64,000 nucleotides of DNA, from positions 34,325,406-34,389,405 of the forward strand of contig NC_069002.1 in the NCBI RefSeq assembly GCF_001194135.2, written 5' to 3'. Numbering within the stretch: the stretch's first letter is position 1; each line of letters starts with the position of its first letter. Shown piece after piece: positions 55,540 through 64,000 of the stretch. Both the position numbers and the translations under genes were made by a program. Under the pieces are notes generated by a model, which did not search any database, had not been told where the DNA came from, and saw nothing but the letters and a program-made list of their open reading frames with translations. The DNA is from Octopus bimaculoides (lineage: Eukaryota).

Positions 55540-55833
55540 CGGGATTGCAACTAAAAAGTTATACTCCGAGGCACAAGTCCGGGGAAGTTTGTTTATTGAA
55601 GACCAGCAGTCCCCCATGTATATCGTTTTCTCTCTCCACGCTACATATGTTGCTCAAGGGAAAAGCAAAGGACGATACAGCTTCGCTTAAGTGACGTCTC
55701 AATTCAATTCGACAGTTCACTGAACTGGAACAACGGGAAATTAAATGTCTTACTTAATAATACAACACACCGACCGGTCCAGGAGTAGAACTCCTATAAC
55801 CGATTCTCTAACCACCGAGTCATGCGCCTTCAC
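55540..55833 (-). mobile_element. tRNA-derived SINE, octopus-like family
   Basis: Minus strand starts GTGAAGGCGCATGACTCGGTGGTTAGAG (A-box-like) with a degenerate B box, then GTGTTGTATTATTAAGTAAGACATTTAATTTC, a decayed GTGTCCTTGAGCAAGACAC-type central domain. Confidence 0.65.
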
Positions 55834-56061
55834 AAAGCCATATTTATACCATCAATAATAACTGGATGACATAGTCTTTATGAGAAATGCTAATTTAACA
55901 ATGTTGGGAAACGAACGTTGTTCAGGAAGAGAAATTAAGAAGCCGATAACGTGAAACATCTGTATGTAGAACATTAAAAATACGTTACCTTTCCAGAAGC
56001 TTATCATGTGGCATGGGATGTGTCATCTACATTCCAACTGCGCAACATCTTTTCTCTCTCA

Positions 56062-56121
56062 GAGACTGGTCCTCATAAATATCTATACATGTATGTGTGT
56101 GCCTCTATGTGGGTGTGTATA

Positions 56122-56177
<56 letters not shown>

Positions 56178-56235
56178 CGCACACACACACATGAATACGT
56201 ACATACATGTATAGATATTTATAAAGACCAGTCTC
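56062..56235. repeat. 35-bp inverted repeat around a symmetric (TG)-(TA)n-(CA) core
   Basis: 56062-56096 versus 56201-56235, 2 mismatches. Confidence 0.9.
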
Positions 56236-56683
56236 CGATAAATATTCGATGTCAAACATAGCTTACAAGATATTCATGAAACATTTGATATCAAGATATA
56301 CATGATTAAGATTCCGCATTTGCGTGACGAACTCGAAAGGGTTTGTTGGTGAAGAGATGTACGACAGATAATGAGAAACTTAGGCAAATATGCAGACAAT
56401 CACCTTCCATTCTATGTTCAGGAAATAATGTGGTTTCTGCTACACTTAGTGTATGATGAGCAAAACCTACACATTATCTCGCTTCTAAACTACATCCGTT
56501 TCCCCAAAATGGTTATTTGCATCATATGCAATGGGAGGGTGTGTGTGCCCAGGTTCTATTTATTCCTGGTACGAATGACAGCAGATGAATATTGTTTTCT
56601 CCAAAACGATGTAAATGTCGAATAAACTGGAATACACTGCATTATGTGTTTATAAAACACCTTCCTATACACACACGTATATG

Positions 56684-56716
<33 letters not shown>

Positions 56717-56719
<3 letters not shown>

Positions 56720-57105
56720 TATAAGAGTCTTCTGCAAGATTGCAGGGAGAGGGACAGGAAGTATGGATGTTCGCAGTCGAGGTTCGCAGAAGGGGATTCC
56801 CGGCTCAGTCAGCATGAGGGATGCTTACAGGCATTGGAACGGAAGATAAGGAGCGAGGAGTGTCTGTGTGCAGAATGGGAGAGGCAGCTGAAAGAGCCTC
56901 TTGTTGGGTTTGGACCAAGAGAGAGCAGTTAAGCTGGGAGCAAGGAGATAAGGAGCAGTAAATTGCCCACCTCTGCAGAATCAGCAACAGGAGGGTATTA
57001 AGGTTAAGGGTCGCATCACCCAATGAACGTTGGATACTGTCTGATGACATCATTTCCTCTTGGTCAAGGCTCCATTCTCTCTGGTGAATAGAAAAACACT
57101 ACCGT
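56717..57105 (+). pseudogene. 3' remnant of an R2-group (Hero-like) non-LTR retrotransposon, restriction-like endonuclease C-terminus
   Basis: RYKSLLQDCRER, frameshift, QEVWMFAVEVRRRGFPAQSA*GMLTGIG...EAAERASCWVWTKREQLSW (stop 56959-56961). Matches KYxxLxxxCxxxGW...VEVGCRGF...AAERASxWLWxKR. 3' limit approximate. Confidence 0.75.
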
Positions 57106-58206
57106 ATAGGTGTTATTAACATAAAACACACACGTACCTATATCTTTTGCTTCTTTCAGTTATTTTACGCATTTCGTGCGTTGGAAACAGTTTTTTAAAT
57201 TCAAGACGCAGTATATTCCAGTTTATTCTACTTGTACACCATTGCATACCACTGTGTAAGAAACAGTCTGCTTTTATTTATTTATTTATATATATATANN
57301 NNNNNNNNNNNNNNNNNNNNATATATATATGTGTGTGTATAGCCGCTCATGTATATATATATAAGAAAGGCTGTGCATATGTATAGGAACGTAGAATACG
57401 ATCATTTAAATTAGATAATTTCAAATCAATGTTCATCATATATATTGAAGAGAGGTTATGTTATGTTCCGTGATTTGGCATATACGAACACATAGACAAT
57501 TCAGTTATACACACATTCAGCGGCACGAATAACAACGCGCATGCGTGCACATAACACAGAGATCATATATTTATATGTCATCCGCATACAATTTTATGTA
57601 TGTTTATTATATGTGTCGTTATTGCCGAGAGAACAGAACCATTTAAAAACAACGTTGATTTTTGTCTAACATCAAAATATATTTCACAAACAGTTTTTAG
57701 CTTTCTAACATTTTAACACATTCAGAGTGTTTATTTACAATGTTGCAAAGAAAATATCGAAAATATACTCATTGCAATGAAAATGCAGATGCACATACAT
57801 GCGTATATGCATTAATATTTACATTTATACCTACCTACATACATATATATATTTGTAACTATCTTTCTTATATTATATATATATATATATCTTATATTTA
57901 TAGATGGGAAATAATTGACGTGCATTTACATTAGAATATGTATCGTTATAAATCCAATACAAACACACACACAGAAACACGCACTTACATATATATATGT
58001 GGAAGCTTGTGTGTGTCTTTGTCTAAGTGTGTGTGTTTGCACATTTCAACCCAACCTTCGAATATTCTATATTTCTCCCTATAAATATATATATATATAT
58101 ATATCGATGTACTAGCAATACAACGATCTAAGTACGAGTCCATCTGTGTGTTTATATACCTATCTCCATGTATACTTGCATATGTATACGTATGTATGCA
58201 TCTATG

Positions 58207-58253
<47 letters not shown>

Positions 58254-58679
58254 ATATACATGTATACCTAGAGGTAGGTATGTATAAGATTATATATATA
58301 TATACACAGACACACACAAATGCAGAAATACTCATATAAATGTGAGCCCGGTTATGGGTATATGCGCGTGTTTATGTGTACAATAAAATCTGTTAGGCGT
58401 TATACAAACATTTATGTGGCATGGCTACATATGTGAATTTTCATATGTATTTTTCAATTTATGTTTAATTTATCTCTCCTGGATTGTAATGTTTTTATGT
58501 CAAATTCAATTTTGGATATTAATTACATTTTCCAATTCATTCCCAGGAGAAAAATATTTCACGAGAAATTATTTTAAACTGGAATGTTCTCACAATGTAG
58601 GTGTTCATGCAGACGTACAATCGCAACCAGGCACAAGCTTACACATACAAAATATATAAACAACCTCAAATATACAGTC

Positions 58680-59194
58680 ACACACCTACATGTATGCACA
58701 TATACATATACGTGTATATGTTTATAAACATATACATAAGCTTATACATACACACACACTATATGAATGTATATATATAAATATATATACATATACATAA
58801 TAGAGAGAGAGAAATATATATACATATATATGCAAATATGAACATATGTCCATATACAATAAATATATATCTATATATATATGTATACATACATTTATAC
58901 ACATATACATGTATATATATATACATGTATACATATATATATACATGCACATATATATGCATATATATATACATATATATATATACATAGTACATACACA
59001 CACAAACACAACACACACACTCATATATATATGTATATATATACAAGTTTATGTATATACTCGTAAACATTTATGCATAGATAAATATATACATGGGATA
59101 TGTATGAATCTATCTGGACATACCGTCACTCATACGTAGTTGCAAACATACATACATTTATGTATATACATACATATATATATAACTATATATA

Positions 59195-59261
<67 letters not shown>

Positions 59262-59270
59262 GAATAAATA
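58680..59270. repeat. (TA)n/(CA)n-rich low-complexity tract
   Basis: Directly visible. Confidence 0.9.
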
Positions 59271-59830
59271 CATCCATCGGACATGTACGTTTCTATCTAT
59301 ATATTAATGTATCTATCAAATATATCACACTAGGTATATATTTATATACAAACCCATATATATGAATTTTTTTCGTCTCAATGTTTACGCTGATGTTTGT
59401 TGCAAATATGGAGTTACTGTTGCAAGTGTTACAGTTAGCTGCAAACGTATGCGTGGTCACAGCACATCATTACTCATAACCAAGCAAAGCTAAATCTTAC
59501 ATATTCTAGGAAAGCATTTAAACATGTATTTCTATAGATATTGTCACGTCCATACACATGATCATATACAACAATTCTTCTGAAAGAATATTTATATTAA
59601 CCCATGCCCTATTTTACTATGTCAATGTATTTGCATACGCGTACCTCTGCACATACATACACACACTCAGATACACACACGCACACATGTATATATATAT
59701 ATGTATATATGAATATTTGTTGTTTGTATTTGAAAAATATTGCGCTTGTCCCCGAAGAACTTTATTTGTTCCACACACACACACACACACAGAGGCACAC
59801 ACATATATGTACATATATGTGTGCTTTATG

Positions 59831-59881
<51 letters not shown>

Positions 59882-60849
59882 NNNNNNNNNNNNNNNNNNN
59901 NNNNNNNNNNNNNNNNNNNNNNNNNNNNNNNNNNNNNNNNNNNNNNNNNNNNNNNNNNNNNNNNNNNNNNNNNNNNNNNNNNNNNNNNNNNNNNNNNNNN
60001 NNNNNNNNNNNNNNNNNNNNNNNNNNNNNNNNNNNNNNNNNNNNNNNNNNNNNNNNNNNNNNNNNNNNNNNNNNNNNNNNNNNNNNNNNNNNNNNNNNNN
60101 NNNNNNNNNNNNNNNNNNNNNNNNNNNNNNNNNNNNNNNNNNNNNNNNNNNNNNNNNNNNNNNNNNNNNNNNNNNNNNNNNNNNNNNNNNNNNNNNNNNN
60201 NNNNNNNNNNNNNNNNNNNNNNNNNNNNNNNNNNNNNNNNNNNNNNNNNNNNNNNNNNNNNNNNNNNNNNNNNNNNNNNNNNNNNNNNNNNNNNNNNNNN
60301 NNNNNNNNNNNNNNNNNNNNNNNNNNNNNNNNNNNNNNNNNNNNNNNNNNNNNNNNNNNNNNNNNNNNNNNNNNNNNNNNNNNNNNNNNNNNNNNNNNNN
60401 NNNNNNNNNNNNNNNNNNNNNNNNNNNNNNNNNNNNNNNNNNNNNNNNNNNNNNNNNNNNNNNNNNNNNNNNNNNNNNNNNNNNNNNNNNNNNNNNNNNN
60501 NNNNNNNNNNNNNNNNNNNNNNNNNNNNNNNNNNNNNNNNNNNNNNNNNNNNNNNNNNNNNNNNNNNNNNNTATATATATACCTATGCACGCAGACAGAT
60601 AGATAACTAGATTATAGAAAGAAATTGACGAATTTTTGATGTGACACGAGCTTAACACAAGTATACCAATGTTTCTGTAACGTCTTTTCGAACCACATTA
60701 AAAGCCATATCTCTATCTACCTGTGCGGAAGACTGTCAAAAGAACCCTATCCGGCCTACTGAAAGCTGCCTTTAACTTGTGTCATTATCAAAACAATCAT
60801 TAAGTCGATGGAACTAAACGTTTACGAATGGGAGACGTTTTTTGTAAAA

Positions 60850-61275
60850 AATGCGATCGGAGTGTAAGAACTATTCAGAAAACTGATTTTAATGCACTCC
60901 ATTCCAAACAAGATTGATGCCATAGGCACGTTAACCATTCATGTAATCACGTACAGCCTCAAGATTATAAGCTCCTCTTCCTCTGAGATACAGAATTTGA
61001 TGTCAACATCTGAAATGAACCGAACGTACGTGGCTCACAAAAGCAAGTTTATATTGAGCAAATATATCTTCCGAGGAGAGAAAGTGGTTATGGATTGATA
61101 CAATCTCAGATCTAACTGGAAATTACCGCCACGGGATTATATGTCTATCATGAAGAACGCAAACGACTGGGTGTTAAAGGTTTTTTCTGAAACTTGAAAA
61201 TATTAAAATTTATATACCTTGGAGCAGTGCAGTTAGAAGAAACAATACCCGAAGAAACTGTAACCCCAACTGACA
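60850..61275 (+). pseudogene. Degenerate non-LTR RT C-terminal fragment, R4/Dong-like
   Basis: Across frameshifts: CDRSVRTIQKTDFNA / NKIDAIGTLTIHVITYSLKII...EIQNL / IEQIYLPRRESGYGLIQ / NDWVLKV. Matches RRVRxILKxELN-NKxxAINxLAxPVxxYSF...ERLYLPRxxGGRGL. Confidence 0.65.
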
Positions 61276-61276
61276 C

Positions 61277-61720
61277 GGCGAAATGTTATGTGACAAACTT
61301 ATTGACGCCGGTTTGAAAATCATAGCGGAAAATGTTCCTGAAATTCCAATAGAACCAACCAGTTTTTTCTCACACGGAATTTCTAATATACAGTCCACAC
61401 CGCTTACTGTTCATTCATCACACCAGGAACAATAGTTTTGTTTTGTCGACCAATTTTTTTGGAGATGTTCATATTTATGACACCTTGAACTTACCACAGG
61501 AACCAAAAGCTCAGGTAACAACGCTGTACTCACCACAAACAAACATAAATCCTGCAGTTCAACAAGTTCATATTACTAATCCCCATGTTGCTGCATATGA
61601 TTGTGATCCTTTTGACCTGGCATACGCATTTCAACTGGTCACTGGAACTCCCCAGAGAAGCTTCTATTTGATGAGTCAAAAATGCTAACACAATTTTCAG
61701 ACCCAGTAAGAGGTTGCAGT
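61277..61720 (+). pseudogene. Ulp1-like (C48) cysteine protease domain remnant, probably transposon-borne
   Basis: GEMLCDKLIDAGLKII... / IHHTRNNSFVLSTNFFGDVHIYDTLN...VQQV...YDCDPFDLAYAFQLVTG / PEKLLFDESKM. Fits WLxDxxIxA...HW...IYDSL...DCGxFAxAxA...FDQSxM. HW is replaced by SF and there are two frameshifts. Confidence 0.6.
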
Positions 61721-62707
61721 GGTGATATAGACAAACGGCTTGGATTTTATCATCTTCAAAAAATTACATAAAGTAGTTTTGCACCATATGCCGATAGTCT
61801 AGTCACACAGAGATCACGGTTAGAATCTACCCTATTTGTCGATGTTTCCCATATAAGGTAATTAGTTAGAGGGGAATGAAAGAAGAAATGATCAAAGAAT
61901 AAAAGTACTGAAAAAATAAATGTCTACGTATTTCTTCTGAACGAGTGACATGTAACATGTGGAAATAGTAAGGAAACAATTGGTTAATTAGTCTGTTAGC
62001 TAATTAATAAAACAAATGCATGCGTGAGGGTTAGAGCTATTAATATATTTAACTCATTCACTGTATTGAAAGAAAAGAGAAAATAAAAGGATATTGATAG
62101 AAGACAAAAAGGTTGGCGGTAGTCGACCGATGTGCAAAGTATTGGTTATACTTAGTGATATATTTATTTGGAATATTATTCCAAGCGCAAGAAGATACCG
62201 AAATGGAACATCCTAATCATATTCCGAAGCCTATTTCAAGTAGCAAGAAATAATGTTACATAACACTTACATAAGAAAACTAACATATTGTGGATAGCAA
62301 GGGCAAGAAATCATTTCTTCGTTATTGTATGAGTGGAGGATCGAGATGAATTGTAAGAAGAAACGAACCAAAGCGGAGAAAATAAAGAAAATTAAAATTT
62401 CGCGGGGAAATTGAGCAAAAAATACTTGGTAGATTAAAATAGGAGTAATGTAGGGATTAAAATGCGTCGAGAGTAAGTGCAGTTGACAATTCCATACAAA
62501 AAATGAAACAATACAGTGAAACAAAGAACTTTCCGGACAACGTAATATNNNNNNNNNNNNNNNNNNNNNNNNNNNNNNNNNNNNNNNNNNNNNNNNNNNN
62601 NNNNNNNNNNNNNNNNNNNNNNNNNNNNNNNNNNNNNNNNNNNNNNNNNNNNNNNNNNNNNNNNNNNNNNNNNNNNNNNNNNNNNNNNNNNNNNNNNNNN
62701 NNNNNNN

Positions 62708-62748
<41 letters not shown>

Positions 62749-63696
62749 AGGGATTACCATTAAGTGGACATCTATTTTGCTAGAAGTAGACCACCTATGG
62801 TCTGACCACTAATAAAAGATCGTTCTCAAGAAAATTCAGCAAAACACCATATTTTTTTCCCCATTTTCATTCAGCAGAAGGGCTCCGTACATGTTAGCGT
62901 TAAAGCAAAATTAACTTGAGCTAAACCAAATTTTAGGGTCGAAATACGAATTTTTATCATGAGACGGAATACAGGTGTAACAGCTTATGACTTCGACGGG
63001 TGATTTATGCAACGCAAGCTTTTTAAGAATATACTACTCCTTCCAGTTATTATCCCAGAGGGCAAACTGTGCGAGCAAACTTTCGAAATAAGACACGCAT
63101 TATCTTTGAGCTGACTCTTCCCAACGCATTAGCGAAAACTGGGTCTCCATGAAAAACAAAACATTCTGTATCCGACTTCAGTGTCAATCAAGAAAAAAAA
63201 AAATCAATTCACCTTATAATTGTTTTGACTAAACTATACAGATTCTCAATGAGATACAAATATTTTGCCTTACGTTTGTATGTATAAGCATATGTTCATG
63301 TGTGTCGTAAATATGAACTTATTATTGCATTTATTAACATGTAGGTTTGTCGCAGCAAAATGGGCCAAATAATCACGCAAAACAAACACGTAGATTGTTC
63401 ATGAATAGATTTACACATAATCTCCATAAATATTGTCACGTCCATGCACACGCAGCAACGAATGTACAACATTCTATGTGAATAGGCTTATTTTCTCACA
63501 TCAATACCCATGCATACGCACGAAAATTTTATAGGCATAAGTGATGATTACTGTAAGCAAGGGATCTTAGTTTCCTAAAAATTTGATTATTTACAGATGT
63601 TTTCTATATGCCAATAAATTCTGTAAATTTACATTAATATATATTTCCACATACACAAATATGTACATGTATATATACACACAAAAACACAGAGTA

Positions 63697-63730
<34 letters not shown>

Positions 63731-63969
63731 GTATGTCTGTATGCATACGAATGTTTATGAATATGTAAATACAGCTAGACACACAGATACATACACACGG
63801 GTGTAGTTACCTGTGCCAGTGTGTTTGTATGACATGTGCATGTGTATGTATTGATGGATATACATTAACGTGTTGTCGTTTTTTGCTAATATTCATTTGT
63901 TAACCAACAGTGAATATATAACATCCTTTCCTCCTATTTACATTGTCTTTTCAACATATACTTCTACTG

Positions 63970-64000
63970 CACTATCTATCTATCTATCTATCTATCTATC
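63970..64000 (+). repeat. (TATC)n microsatellite
   Basis: Directly visible at the window end. Confidence 0.95.

Noticed and set aside
57000-57060. CTGATGA in the Hero-like 3' UTR
   Set aside because: Element order and pairing do not fit a hammerhead in this copy.
62200-62545. Purine-rich stretch that might be a decayed LINE endonuclease
   Set aside because: No convincing motif could be reconstructed.

Overview
Eukaryotic, AT-rich, repeat-dominated DNA with no securely identifiable host gene. The SINE families and dense (TA)n/(CA)n tracts resemble octopus (coleoid cephalopod) repeats as I recall them; this is inference, not a search result. About 37 kb (14886-52120) is one CpG-dense complex satellite built from TTCG/TACG tetramers. 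It changes strand about 20 times, and the same junction sequences recur. Its right edge abuts an imperfect palindrome (52163-52438+) whose two arms each carry a complete type I hammerhead-ribozyme-like motif with a palindromic stem III, as in Penelope-associated hammerheads. The flanks contain a degenerate minimal hammerhead (52-99), a Penelope GIY-YIG remnant, a 5'-truncated CR1/L2-group LINE whose 3' stem-loop is shared with a SINE in the same window, Hero-like and R4-like retrotransposon remnants, an Ulp1-like protease remnant, several SINEs, foldback elements and 13 N gaps. Nearly all ORF-track entries are translations of simple repeats or N runs.
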